IMG/VR virus record: IMGVR_UViG_3300011335_000166
Location: 1 to 31,750 of that record
Direction: 5' to 3' (one strand)
Length of the DNA stretch: 31,750 nucleotides
Origin: a virus
Lineage: Duplodnaviria; Caudoviricetes
Both the position numbers and the translations under genes were made by a program. Of this stretch, positions 17,394 to 26,351 are shown piece by piece (the first letter of the stretch is position 1; each line of letters starts with the position of its first letter). The notes beneath the pieces were generated by a model. That model was not told where the DNA came from. It saw only the letters and a list, made by a program, of their open reading frames with translations, and did no database searches.

Positions 17394-18233
17394 ATGACAA
17401 CGCCATTCCCATTCCAGAGTGCGGCAGTCCTGACTGCGGCGCAGATGAATGCCATAACCACTTTACCTACATCAACGAAGACGGCCAGTCACACTTTGAC
17501 GATTGCTGATGTTTCAACCAGAGTGATCATGAACTCGGCGAGCGCGACCACTATCACAGTGAACACCTCAATCTTCGGTGCTTCGGATGTGGTCGAGATA
17601 TTGAACATTGGTGCCGGAGTTTGTACCGTCACCGCCGGAACCTGCACGGTCGGCACATCAGGCAGTTTGGCACTAGCACAGAACGCTAGTGGCACCCTGA
17701 CTTTCATCTCGGCAAGTGCAAGCGTGTTTCGGGCTGACGGTGTAACAGCGTCGGCTGGCGCATTGGTTTATGTTGGTGGCGGATCGCCAGCGGCAGCGGC
17801 AACCACATCTATTGACAATGTTTTTAACGCAACTTATCAAAACTATTTAATTACATACAATTTAACTACCAGTAGCACTATGCGTATCCAGTTAAGAGTT
17901 GGCGGCGTTACAACGGTGGGTAGTGGCTACAATTCTAGTTATCAATATCTGTTAATGACAGGTGCCGGGAATGGAATCGTAGTAAACGGTGCAGTAGGTT
18001 ATTGGGCTTTTCAAGGTGCATCTGTTATCGCAAGAGGAAGTTTTACTTTGTATCAGCCGTTTACAACTTCAACCACAAGTGCAACTTTTCAAAATGTGTC
18101 TGAGGATAATCAATATACTTTTGCAGGCGGTGCAGCCCACACAGGGTCAACATCATTTGACGGATTACATTTTTCATTAACTTCAGGCACAATGACAGGC
18201 GACATAAGAGTTTACGGGATATCAAACTTATGA
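17394..18233 (+). CDS. Tail fibre / receptor-binding protein
   Basis: N-terminal PFQSAAVLTAAQMN anchor; Gly/Ser/Thr-rich body ending GTMTGDIRVYG. Confidence 0.7.
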   Translation: MTTPFPFQSAAVLTAAQMNAITTLPTSTKTASHTLTIADVSTRVIMNSASATTITVNTSIFGASDVVEILNIGAGVCTVTAGTCTVGTSGSLALAQNASGTLTFISASASVFRADGVTASAGALVYVGGGSPAAAATTSIDNVFNATYQNYLITYNLTTSSTMRIQLRVGGVTTVGSGYNSSYQYLLMTGAGNGIVVNGAVGYWAFQGASVIARGSFTLYQPFTTSTTSATFQNVSEDNQYTFAGGAAHTGSTSFDGLHFSLTSGTMTGDIRVYGISNL

Positions 18234-18424
18234 ACATTTTTATTAACGGCGTAAACCGTGAAGCAACAAAAGACGAACAAAAAGAAATTATCGTCGCACA
18301 AGACAACGCAAACTTAGAACAACAAACATTTGACGCAGCACAAACCGCTAAAGATGCTGCACGCCAAGCCGTGTTAGACAAACTCGGATTAACAGCCGAT
18401 GAAGCACAAGCACTACTGGGCTAG
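18230..18424 (+). CDS. Small fibre-associated (chaperone-like) protein
   Basis: ATGA coupling to the fibre gene; REAT...AVLDKLGLTADEAQALL. Confidence 0.65.
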   Translation: MNIFINGVNREATKDEQKEIIVAQDNANLEQQTFDAAQTAKDAARQAVLDKLGLTADEAQALLG

Positions 18425-18429
18425 ATGAT

Positions 18430-20280
18430 GTGGGTCGCAATTTAACTAGGTGGCTGATACCAATACCAGCAATCCTGTTCGCAGTCTTTCCACAGATCGC
18501 ACACGCTGAACCTGTCGCCGGACTCGACATCACCGTCTACAACGACTACGGATACAACGGAAGTCCACCACTTCCATCCGTCAGTGGCAGACCAGTGCAA
18601 TGCACGACCACCTACACGAACATTGACCAGAACTTTGGCAATGATATCTGTGGCCTGTACGACGACTTCATAGTCAAATATGAGGGTTACATAACCTCGC
18701 CGACTACCGCAACAATTACCTTCTATCCAAGCGCAGATGACGGAACGAAACTTTATATTGACGGAACTCTCATTGATGACAACTGGTATGACAAAGGTGG
18801 TGGTGGCAATGTCAGCACACCTGTCAACTTCACTGCTGGAGTTCCTAAACCGATAACGCTGTGGTTCTATGAGAACGGCGGCGGGAACGTGGTCAACTTA
18901 GCGTGGAATCTTGGCGGTAGTTATGTGACCGTGCCTACTGCATCTTTCACGAAGAACGCCGAGTCAAGCATCGCCACGACCACAACAACCACCACGACAA
19001 CTCTTGTCCCGTACTTCAACGCGGTATCGAATCTGACTGCAATAGCGAACGCGGACGGAAGTGTGAACCTTGCCTGGTCTGCACCAACCGCAAGCAACCT
19101 AGAGATCTACGGATACTCGGTCGGGTTCTCTGACTTGGATGTGATTGGTGGTATCGCGTCTGGTGGTTGGGGAGTTTGGACTAATCAAGGAACCGTGTAC
19201 TCGCTCGGCACCTGGATGTTCTCTGGTAGTAATCCTGTCACGACCGGATACGGGCCTGTGCGCTTCGGTATCAAAGCGATGAACGGTGCATGTGTCGGAG
19301 TTGGTAGCGGATCATGTGTCTATGGTCCTGAGACTTATGTTGATGCAACAGTTCTAGATCCGACTCCACCGACTACCACTACTACTACAACAACCCTTCC
19401 ACCAACAACAACCACAACCACGACCACAACTGTTGCACCGCCAACCACGACAACGACAATCCAAAGCACAACCACGACCACAACAACTCAAGTGCCTTAT
19501 ACGCCACCACAAACCTCCACGACTTCTACAACTACAACCGCGCCCGAACCTGCAACCACGACCACCACTTCTGTACCTGAAACTTCAACCACGCTAGAAG
19601 AAACATCTACAACCGCTCCTGTCGAGACTGTTCCAGATTCGACTCAGCCTGCGACAACTGTTCCTGTCGAAACTGTTCCTGTCGAAACAACATCGCCAAC
19701 AACGACAGTCCAGCAAACACAACAAACAACAGATACAACACCACAAGAAGCAACGAGTACATCAACCACCACGATACCTGACGAAGATCCGACTGTTGAG
19801 ACCGCCGAAGAAGTTGCTGCGTTCGTAGAAACATTAGACATCAAAGAAGATGAACCGATCAGCGATGCGAAAGTTGAGAAGATTCTTGAAGTGTTGGCTG
19901 ATGCGACTCCGGCACAAGTTGTCGCGGCGATCGAGCAGATCTTGACAACCAATATCACATCCGACCAGGCCGTGTCCATTGCTTCAAGTCCTGAAGTGTT
20001 GGCTGCAGTGACCGAAGAACAAGCCGTAGCGATCTTCGAAGAGATCGTCGTAGAAGAACTGACAGTCGCACAGGCAGACGAACTGGTTGCGGTCTTGAAC
20101 GAAGCACCTGAGAAAGTAAAGAAAGCATTCCAAGAAACTATTGACGTGTTCGCAGGCTTGTTTGATTCATTCCAGATGGTCGGCCAGACGATTCCTGTCG
20201 GTCAGCGTAGAACTTTGGTCGCAGTTTCTAATACACTTATGGCAGTCGGAACCAGCCTGCGCAGAAGAGACAAGCAATAA
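18430..20280 (+). CDS. Secreted PA14-domain protein with mucin-like Thr/Pro stalk
   Basis: Signal peptide ending AHA-EP; PA14 motifs DDFIVKYEGYI, SADDGTKLYIDG, WFYENGGG; Fn3-like segment; long poly-Thr region; acidic helical C-terminus. Confidence 0.8.
   Translation: MGRNLTRWLIPIPAILFAVFPQIAHAEPVAGLDITVYNDYGYNGSPPLPSVSGRPVQCTTTYTNIDQNFGNDICGLYDDFIVKYEGYITSPTTATITFYPSADDGTKLYIDGTLIDDNWYDKGGGGNVSTPVNFTAGVPKPITLWFYENGGGNVVNLAWNLGGSYVTVPTASFTKNAESSIATTTTTTTTTLVPYFNAVSNLTAIANADGSVNLAWSAPTASNLEIYGYSVGFSDLDVIGGIASGGWGVWTNQGTVYSLGTWMFSGSNPVTTGYGPVRFGIKAMNGACVGVGSGSCVYGPETYVDATVLDPTPPTTTTTTTTLPPTTTTTTTTTVAPPTTTTTIQSTTTTTTTQVPYTPPQTSTTSTTTTAPEPATTTTTSVPETSTTLEETSTTAPVETVPDSTQPATTVPVETVPVETTSPTTTVQQTQQTTDTTPQEATSTSTTTIPDEDPTVETAEEVAAFVETLDIKEDEPISDAKVEKILEVLADATPAQVVAAIEQILTTNITSDQAVSIASSPEVLAAVTEEQAVAIFEEIVVEELTVAQADELVAVLNEAPEKVKKAFQETIDVFAGLFDSFQMVGQTIPVGQRRTLVAVSNTLMAVGTSLRRRDKQ
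19360..19780 (+). repeat. Low-complexity ACN-codon (poly-Thr) region
   Basis: Runs such as PPTTTTTTTTTLPPTTTTTTTTTVAPPTTTTT, and tandem actgttcctgtcgaa units (TVPVETVPVET). Confidence 0.85.
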
Positions 20281-20468
20281 TGTTCGCCAAACTACGCAAT
20301 GAACTGTTCGCATTAGGGTTCACGCTTGGCGCATCCGCGATCACGATCATGACGCTGTCCGGCACGGTGCAGAACTGGGCGTTGTTCTTCACGTTTCTAT
20401 CGCTCGCACTACACTTGGCAGGAGTACTAACCAAAGGAGAAGAAGATGGATCAGGACATGAAGATTAA
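20280..20468 (+). CDS. Small two-TM membrane protein
   Basis: TAATG coupling; two hydrophobic helices. Confidence 0.7.
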   Translation: MFAKLRNELFALGFTLGASAITIMTLSGTVQNWALFFTFLSLALHLAGVLTKGEEDGSGHED

Positions 20469-20718
20469 ACCGAACGCAGGTGCAGCAAAGTTCTTTGACC
20501 TCGGACAACGACTGTTCAGTCTGTTCCTCTCGACCGCGCTTCCAGCGATTACGACCGGTGCAGTCATCGGTGTCAGCGTCGCCAAGTCGGCGATCATGGC
20601 TGGAGCGATGTCGGTCATTGCGGTTGTGCAGAAGCTTGCGCAAGCATCAGTTGATGGTGGCTTGACAGCCGAAGAAATCAGAGAAGCATTCGGAACCACA
20701 GGCAAGAAGAAGAAGTGA
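20446..20718 (+). CDS. Putative holin
   Basis: Hydrophobic helices, basic KKKK tail, directly upstream of the endolysin. Confidence 0.6.
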   Translation: MDQDMKIKPNAGAAKFFDLGQRLFSLFLSTALPAITTGAVIGVSVAKSAIMAGAMSVIAVVQKLAQASVDGGLTAEEIREAFGTTGKKKK

Positions 20719-21266
20719 ACTCAAAGAACTGGCCGATCGTCAAGGTCACTCTTCCGGCAGATCTCAAAGGCGTGAAGCCTGGTGAACTTTCACCGCATCT
20801 GTTGCGTGATGTGAAACCTGAAGGCAAACTTCACTGGCGTGCAGCCGACGCATATCATGCGATGCAAGCCAAAGCGTTCGCCGACGGAATCAAACCATTC
20901 AAAGCAACTTCGGCAGGTGACACCTACCGAACTTTACAGATGCAGACCACAGTGTTCTTGCAGAGATACCAGAAGTCACCGCTTGCTGGTGCGTCAACAC
21001 GGACTTGGGAAGGTGTCAAGTGGTACAAGAAGTCGCCGACATTAGCGTCACTCGCAGCACCAGGCACATCAATGCACAACCTCGGCATCGCCGTGGACAT
21101 CTGGTCGGCTTACGGTCCACGCTTCGAATGGATGCTAAAGAACGCAGTTGACTTCGGCTTCTCATGGGAAGTCGTACCAGAAGAACCATGGCATCTTCGA
21201 TACACCGCAGGCGACAATGTTCCACCAGCCGTACAAGCATGGCTTGACTTGAAGAAGTTTGTCTGA
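20715..21266 (+). CDS. Endolysin, M15-family (VanY-like) zinc peptidase
   Basis: YR...Q, APGTSMHNLGIAVD (SxHxxGxAxD) and EPWHLRY. Confidence 0.88.
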   Translation: MNSKNWPIVKVTLPADLKGVKPGELSPHLLRDVKPEGKLHWRAADAYHAMQAKAFADGIKPFKATSAGDTYRTLQMQTTVFLQRYQKSPLAGASTRTWEGVKWYKKSPTLASLAAPGTSMHNLGIAVDIWSAYGPRFEWMLKNAVDFGFSWEVVPEEPWHLRYTAGDNVPPAVQAWLDLKKFV

Positions 21267-21267
21267 G

Positions 21268-21522
21268 ATGGATGCTGGACTTGCTGTCGTCTTCGCTGCG
21301 GTAGTCGCATCACTCGGCGGAATCGTTGTCGCCATCTTGCAGATGCGCAACCTCACCGAAGAGAACCGCACCGATCACGCAATGGTACAGAAGCGACTCG
21401 ACACGGTCATAGACATGGTCGGCAAAACATCGGCGAAACTAACAGGCCATCTCGACTGGCATATCAAGGAGCCAAGCAAAGACCAAAAGGTCAAGCAGGT
21501 TGCAACACGCAAGAAGAAGTGA
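21268..21522 (+). CDS. Single-TM membrane protein of the lysis region
   Basis: N-terminal TM helix followed by a coiled coil and HLDWH. Confidence 0.65.
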   Translation: MDAGLAVVFAAVVASLGGIVVAILQMRNLTEENRTDHAMVQKRLDTVIDMVGKTSAKLTGHLDWHIKEPSKDQKVKQVATRKKK

Positions 21523-21773
21523 CCGCAGTACTCGTCATCTGGCATGATGCGCACAGCGGATCCGAATCGTGGATCAACATCAAAGACTTGGACACCGACG
21601 CGGCCGAAGTCAAATCTGTCGGATTCCTGCTCGTGCCGGCTGATGGTGGCAAACCCGACCACATCACTCTCTACCAATCCCGCAACGAAGACTCAGTTGA
21701 TCATGTTCTACACATCCCAGTCGGCATGGTGAAGAGCATCAAATTGTTGATGGAATTAGAAACAAAAGATTAA
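21519..21773 (+). CDS. Hypothetical phage protein
   Basis: GTGA coupling; VIWHDAH...SVGFL...IPVGMV pattern. Confidence 0.7.
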   Translation: MTAVLVIWHDAHSGSESWINIKDLDTDAAEVKSVGFLLVPADGGKPDHITLYQSRNEDSVDHVLHIPVGMVKSIKLLMELETKD

Positions 21774-21819
21774 AACCGTTAGATATAGCGGTTAGCGGTA
21801 GCAGTGGACTAAGGTAGGT

Positions 21820-21880
21820 CGGTGCTTCTCCCCACTAGGGTTGAGTTAGCACCGCAACCAGTTACCTCCTTCTGGTTGCG
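21820..21880 (+). ncRNA. Candidate structured leader/sRNA with anti-SD loop
   Basis: -10-like TAAGGT at 21810-21815; stem CGGTGCT/AGCACCG; then CGCAACCAG-TTACCTCCTT-CTGGTTGCG. Confidence 0.45.
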
Positions 21881-21908
21881 TTATCCCTGCACTCACGAAA
21901 GGACCACG

Positions 21909-22481
21909 ATGCGCATACTCAACGCGATCTTGGCATCACTTGCAAGTCTCACAATGAGCATCGGAATCGCACAGGCTGTCTCAGCACCAACCAGTCCGAC
22001 CGTCGCTCCAACGCCACTACAACCTCTCTATATCCCATCCTCAGCCGACCGGCTAGACCCGATCCAACCGACCCGCTACCGGCACGGCGACGTGTCCTGG
22101 CTACCAGCTCTCGCCAAACAGGCAGGATGGCCAGACCAGACCATCAAGCAATTATCGTTGATCATCCTGCGCGAATCTGGCGGATGTCCGAACAGGCGTG
22201 GCGGAGACATGGTCGACAAAGATTGCAACATCACAGGCGTGTCCGAATGGAATCACCGATCCGACACAGGTCTCCTACAGATCAACGGTGTCAACTACGA
22301 CATCACAAGAAACAGATGGGCTGCGATCTGCCGTGAACTAAACATCTGCACCCAAGACCCGCTTCTTGACCCATTAACGAACTTGAAGGCAGGTCTGGTG
22401 CTGTACCAGTTGTCGGGCTTTGAGCCGTGGAATCCGTGTAACTGGAAGGTTTGCAAGGTATCCACCACATCCATGCCCTAA
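21909..22481 (+). CDS. Secreted lytic transglycosylase (SLT/lysozyme-like)
   Basis: Signal peptide ending AQA; RESGG catalytic Glu, GLLQIN, DPLTNLKAG, GFEPW; SD AAAGGA before ATG 21909. Confidence 0.82.
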   Translation: MRILNAILASLASLTMSIGIAQAVSAPTSPTVAPTPLQPLYIPSSADRLDPIQPTRYRHGDVSWLPALAKQAGWPDQTIKQLSLIILRESGGCPNRRGGDMVDKDCNITGVSEWNHRSDTGLLQINGVNYDITRNRWAAICRELNICTQDPLLDPLTNLKAGLVLYQLSGFEPWNPCNWKVCKVSTTSMP

Positions 22482-22526
22482 TGTCCTATAACTGATACTA
22501 AGCGAAGTATCAACAAAAGGAGAATC

Positions 22527-22712
22527 ATGGAACCGCAAGTCAAAATCAAGTTCGCATTGGCGTTCATATCTATGGGATGGATCATGTTGTTATTCATGCC
22601 AACATTGCCAGGTGAAAATCCAGCGAACGGTGTAGAGATATTCGTTTACGCACTCGTCAACTTGGTCGCAATGATTCAAGTGAATCGTTGGGTTCGAGAT
22701 ATTCAAAACTGA
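22527..22712 (+). CDS. Small two-TM membrane protein
   Basis: SD AAGGAG; two hydrophobic stretches; -10-like TATAAC near 22487. Confidence 0.7.
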   Translation: MEPQVKIKFALAFISMGWIMLLFMPTLPGENPANGVEIFVYALVNLVAMIQVNRWVRDIQN

Positions 22713-23089
22713 TGAGCAGCGAATACGGAATCGTCGATGTCTGGTCGGAATCAAAGAACGTGTTTGAATTAGTCCGACCAGACTGGCAACGACATGGAAC
22801 GTGTCGCGGCGAAGGAACAGATGTGTTCTTTCATGAAAGATATTTACATGCGGTGCGCGAAGCGAAGAAACTTTGCGACATCTGCACGGTGCGTCAAAGT
22901 TGTCTAGACTTTGCAATCAAGAACGATTCCGTCGGCATCTGGGGAGGCATGACGACAGTCGAGCGAAGACATCACATCCGACGATTACGGAGGCTAGGTC
23001 TCGATGACACATCCAAACGCAAGAAAAGGAACACGCGCAGAGTTAGCAGTAGCAAAGTTCCTGAACAACAACGGCCATCCGAAGGCTGA
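22712..23089 (+). CDS. whiB: WhiB-family Fe-S transcription factor
   Basis: WQRHGTC...DVFF...AKKLCDICTVRQSC...GIWGGMTTVERR (four Cys plus GIWGG turn) and a basic tail. Confidence 0.93.
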   Translation: MSSEYGIVDVWSESKNVFELVRPDWQRHGTCRGEGTDVFFHERYLHAVREAKKLCDICTVRQSCLDFAIKNDSVGIWGGMTTVERRHHIRRLRRLGLDDTSKRKKRNTRRVSSSKVPEQQRPSEG

Positions 23090-23381
23090 ACGCGCCAGAT
23101 CAGGATGGACAGATGACCGTGGCGACATAGACGGAATCGATGATCTGACCGTAGAAGTTAAAGATCAACGCCGGCACGACATCGGTTCATGGTTGAAAGA
23201 ATTAGAGATTGAGCAACACAACCGTGGCACGAGTTGCGGTGTGGTGGCAGTAAAGAAACAAGGTGCTATCGATGTCGGCGACTGGTATGCCATCATGACA
23301 ATGACGGAGTTTATTAAGTTATTTAACACGCTAAAAAATATCTCTGGTAGTCCCGCCTCCGCGCACACCGACCATGTATAG
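23004..23381 (+). CDS. Holliday junction resolvase (Hjc-like PD-(D/E)XK)
   Basis: KGTRAELAV, DRGDIDG, VEVK. Confidence 0.82.
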   Translation: MTHPNARKGTRAELAVAKFLNNNGHPKAERARSGWTDDRGDIDGIDDLTVEVKDQRRHDIGSWLKELEIEQHNRGTSCGVVAVKKQGAIDVGDWYAIMTMTEFIKLFNTLKNISGSPASAHTDHV

Positions 23382-23423
23382 TTTGAAGTGACATAGATTC
23401 CCAAGAAAAATAGGAGACTGCAC

Positions 23424-24470
23424 ATGCTCGAAGAAACACGACAGGAAGCACCGAAAGATCGTTGGGGTCGTTACCTCGTAACAACTCCAGAAGGTAAGCA
23501 AAAGGGATACACCAGAGTTACAACGATTGCAAAATCTTGTGACGAAGAAGGTGCGTTGAAACAGTGGGCGAACCGTATGGTCGTCACTGGTCTGGTTAAT
23601 CGTTCAGATCTTCTTGCGCAAGCGTCAACAAAGTTGACAGACAAATCTGCGTTGAACAAAATATGTGAAGAAGCAATCACCGCTGGTGGTGGTTCGTCGC
23701 GTGCGAATCTTGGTACGGCGTTGCACGCACTCACCGAAGAAATAGATCTCGGACACAAACCACCAATCCTTCCAGGGTTGCAAGCCGACCTTGACGCTTA
23801 TGTGTCCACATTGGAGAAGCATGGTGTACACATCATGCCGAACTACATCGAGTCGGTCGTTATCAACGACGACAAAGAATACGCAGGCACACTTGATCGC
23901 ATCGTAGAAGTTGACGGCCGAATGTACATCGCCGATCTGAAAACTGGCACCGATCTCACCTACGCTTGGCGGTCAATCGCAGTCCAGTTGGCTGCATATG
24001 CGGACGCTCAACACGTCTACGACTACAAGACCAGCACACGCACCAGCCTGCCGATGATCGAGAAGGATCGGGCGATCGTCTTTCATCTGCCCGCTGGTGA
24101 AGGTCGCTGCGACCTGTACTGGGTTGACCTGGAGATCGGTCGCAAAGGCTTGGAACTATCGTTGCAGGTTCGTGCCTGGCGTAAACGCAACGACGTTCAT
24201 TCACAGTTCACCAACACGAACATCATCCCGATCACGTTGCTAAGTCGTCAAGAATGGATGACCGAACGAATCAAACATCTACCGGCAGAAGCACAGAAGA
24301 TGTTGCGAGCATTATGGCCGAACGAAGTACCAAAGATCACCGAATGTTTCAACGACCACATCGATCTGCTGGTGCGCATCGTGGCGATGCTTGAAGCGGA
24401 ACACAACGTGTCATTCTTCCCAACCGATCCAGCGATCAAACCGGCACGCAAAACCAAGGCAAAGAAATGA
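23424..24470 (+). CDS. PD-(D/E)XK exonuclease (RecE/Cas4-like recombination nuclease)
   Basis: RVTTI, GTALH, YAGTLD, IADLKTG, QLAAY. Confidence 0.85.
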   Translation: MLEETRQEAPKDRWGRYLVTTPEGKQKGYTRVTTIAKSCDEEGALKQWANRMVVTGLVNRSDLLAQASTKLTDKSALNKICEEAITAGGGSSRANLGTALHALTEEIDLGHKPPILPGLQADLDAYVSTLEKHGVHIMPNYIESVVINDDKEYAGTLDRIVEVDGRMYIADLKTGTDLTYAWRSIAVQLAAYADAQHVYDYKTSTRTSLPMIEKDRAIVFHLPAGEGRCDLYWVDLEIGRKGLELSLQVRAWRKRNDVHSQFTNTNIIPITLLSRQEWMTERIKHLPAEAQKMLRALWPNEVPKITECFNDHIDLLVRIVAMLEAEHNVSFFPTDPAIKPARKTKAKK

Positions 24471-24928
24471 GCGACACCAAATTGTCTTTATACAACCCGA
24501 ACTTCGAAGGACAACTGTACGAGACAGGTACGGACTTGCAGTCGGCGTTGCGACTACATCACGACTACGACACGCTCCGACCACCGCAACGTGCGATCAT
24601 CAAACGCATCGCAATGGAATGCAACGAGTTCGGCCACTCAATCTCATTCGATCAACTCAAATCGCATCGCAGATATTCAATAGGCAGAGGACTCATTGAT
24701 CTTCTGATGTCGGACAACTGCGACGAGCTCCTAATATCGAGCATCTGCTTCTCGATACAAGGAGTGTTATTCAAATCAGCAGGCGGTGCGATTGGTCATC
24801 TTGACGCGATTGAAGCGGAACAGTTCGCAAAGTACTGCCGCGCAATCCGATGGGATGAACAAGACATCGAATACGACAGTGACAGCAATATATTCCAATT
24901 CCCAAATACAGAGAAAGTAGGTAAGTAA
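24467..24928 (+). CDS. Hypothetical protein
   Basis: Translationally coupled on both sides. Confidence 0.7.
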   Translation: MSDTKLSLYNPNFEGQLYETGTDLQSALRLHHDYDTLRPPQRAIIKRIAMECNEFGHSISFDQLKSHRRYSIGRGLIDLLMSDNCDELLISSICFSIQGVLFKSAGGAIGHLDAIEAEQFAKYCRAIRWDEQDIEYDSDSNIFQFPNTEKVGK

Positions 24929-25329
24929 TGTCAGATCAAGATGATCTCCTCGCAGGAGGCGGACCCAAACTGCCAAGTTTGAAGTTCGAGAAGATCGGTG
25001 ATGTCCACACAGGCATCGTCACCGACGTGAAGAAACTAGAAGACCGTGATCCAGCCGGTGCGAAGAAGACATGGCCGAATGGTGATCCACGATTCGTCTA
25101 TGTGTTGACGATGACAACGGAGAAGGATGGCGAAGCGAACTTGTGGGCGCGTGGTGCAATGATCACCGCAATCCGTGAGGCAGCCAAAACAGTCGGAGTC
25201 ACCGAACTGGTCGGCAACAAAGTATCAATCAAGTACACGGCCGATGGAGAAAAGAAGTCGGCAGGCTTCAACGCACCGAAGTTGTTCGCAGCCAAAGTAG
25301 AGAAGGTCGGAACAGACGACCGCTGGTAG
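24928..25329 (+). CDS. Putative single-stranded DNA-binding protein (OB fold)
   Basis: LKFEKIGD..TG.V, TWPNGDPR, PKLFAAK and an acidic-aromatic DDRW end; recombination cluster context. Confidence 0.65.
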   Translation: MSDQDDLLAGGGPKLPSLKFEKIGDVHTGIVTDVKKLEDRDPAGAKKTWPNGDPRFVYVLTMTTEKDGEANLWARGAMITAIREAAKTVGVTELVGNKVSIKYTADGEKKSAGFNAPKLFAAKVEKVGTDDRW

Positions 25330-25346
25330 AAACCTGAAGAAGGGTT

Positions 25347-25385
25347 CGGCCTTGCTTCGCTTCTCCCTCGGGCGAAGTAAGGTCG
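25347..25385 (+). promoter_or_regulatory. Intergenic stem-loop
   Basis: CGGCCTTGCTTCGC / GCGAAGTAAGGTCG stem (with G-U pairs) around TTCTCCCTCGG. Confidence 0.55.
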
Positions 25386-25408
25386 TTCTCCTAACCAACG
25401 GAGGTCAA

Positions 25409-25540
25409 ATGACTAAGAAAGATATTCAGGACGCAATAGCGTTCTTGCAAAAGATGTTCGTCGGTGTTGGAGATCAAGACCGACTATTCGAAGTAATAGC
25501 AGCACTCAAAGAAGAACTAGCAAGGAGAAACAAACGATGA
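25409..25540 (+). CDS. Small hypothetical protein (43 aa)
   Basis: SD GGAGG before ATG 25409; ATGA coupling to the next gene. Confidence 0.65.
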   Translation: MTKKDIQDAIAFLQKMFVGVGDQDRLFEVIAALKEELARRNKR

Positions 25541-25761
25541 CCAGCGATCCATACGCAATGAGCCAAGAGATAGTCGAACTGCAAACACGTGTCGCCGAAC
25601 TATCAGTCGCACTAGAACTCGTCACCAGCCAACGCGATGATGACCGATCCAACTGCGTCAGCCTGCACCAAGAACTAGAAGCAACAAAGATGCATCTACA
25701 GAAGGCACACGCCGATGTCAGCCGACTACGAGTACACATCGCGCAAGGCGTTGAACTGTGA
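25537..25761 (+). CDS. Coiled-coil hypothetical protein
   Basis: SD AAGGAG; coupled on both sides. Confidence 0.7.
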   Translation: MTSDPYAMSQEIVELQTRVAELSVALELVTSQRDDDRSNCVSLHQELEATKMHLQKAHADVSRLRVHIAQGVEL

Positions 25762-26027
25762 TCACAATCCGACCCGACCAGGCGATCATCTGCCAAGTAT
25801 GCGACCTAGTTGTGTTACCTGATCCGATAACACTTCAAGGCTGCGGATGCGACCCAGACGCACCAACCTGGATTGCCATCCAACCAGACGGCACTGTGCT
25901 TGCATTTAGCCAAGCCAACTACGAGATCATCGCAGGCAAAATAGATCCACGAAACGAGCAATTCCTTCGTGGTTTAATAGGCGATCAGGCTTACGAAATC
26001 ATTGAAGAAAGTGATGGCCTTAAATGA
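25758..26027 (+). CDS. Hypothetical protein with CxxC/CxC zinc-binding-like motif
   Basis: CQVC...CGC; GTGA coupling. Confidence 0.65.
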   Translation: MITIRPDQAIICQVCDLVVLPDPITLQGCGCDPDAPTWIAIQPDGTVLAFSQANYEIIAGKIDPRNEQFLRGLIGDQAYEIIEESDGLK

Positions 26028-26341
26028 AAACAGAATCAGTCGGAGCAGACATCCTGCTCGAAGCACACCTACTCGTCACCGGCGCACGCCAAGCATCATA
26101 CGGCAACGTGGTCGAGGACTACAGCAAAGTCATCGCCATATTCGAAGGCTTGACCGGCATCCAACTCAGCCTCGCCGACGCACTCCTGTTCATGGTCTCA
26201 GTCAAACTTGCACGACTACGAACCAACCTTGAAAAGAACCGTCTGCACCACGACAGCCTGCTCGACACGCTCGGCTACCTCGGACTACTCAACCAGGCTT
26301 ACAACGATCTACCGTTCCCACGCACCGTGGCCGAGAAGTAA
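26024..26341 (+). CDS. DUF6378-like all-alpha (MazG/dUTPase-like fold) protein
   Basis: LVTGARQASYG...MVSVKLAR...HDSLLDTLGY. Confidence 0.75.
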   Translation: MKTESVGADILLEAHLLVTGARQASYGNVVEDYSKVIAIFEGLTGIQLSLADALLFMVSVKLARLRTNLEKNRLHHDSLLDTLGYLGLLNQAYNDLPFPRTVAEK

Positions 26342-26351
26342 GACTGTGAAG

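Noticed and set aside
21820-21895. tRNA gene
   Set aside because: No cloverleaf, T-loop consensus or acceptor stem is visible.
23424-24470. Cas4 as evidence of a CRISPR system
   Set aside because: No other cas genes or array; the context is a phage recombination module.
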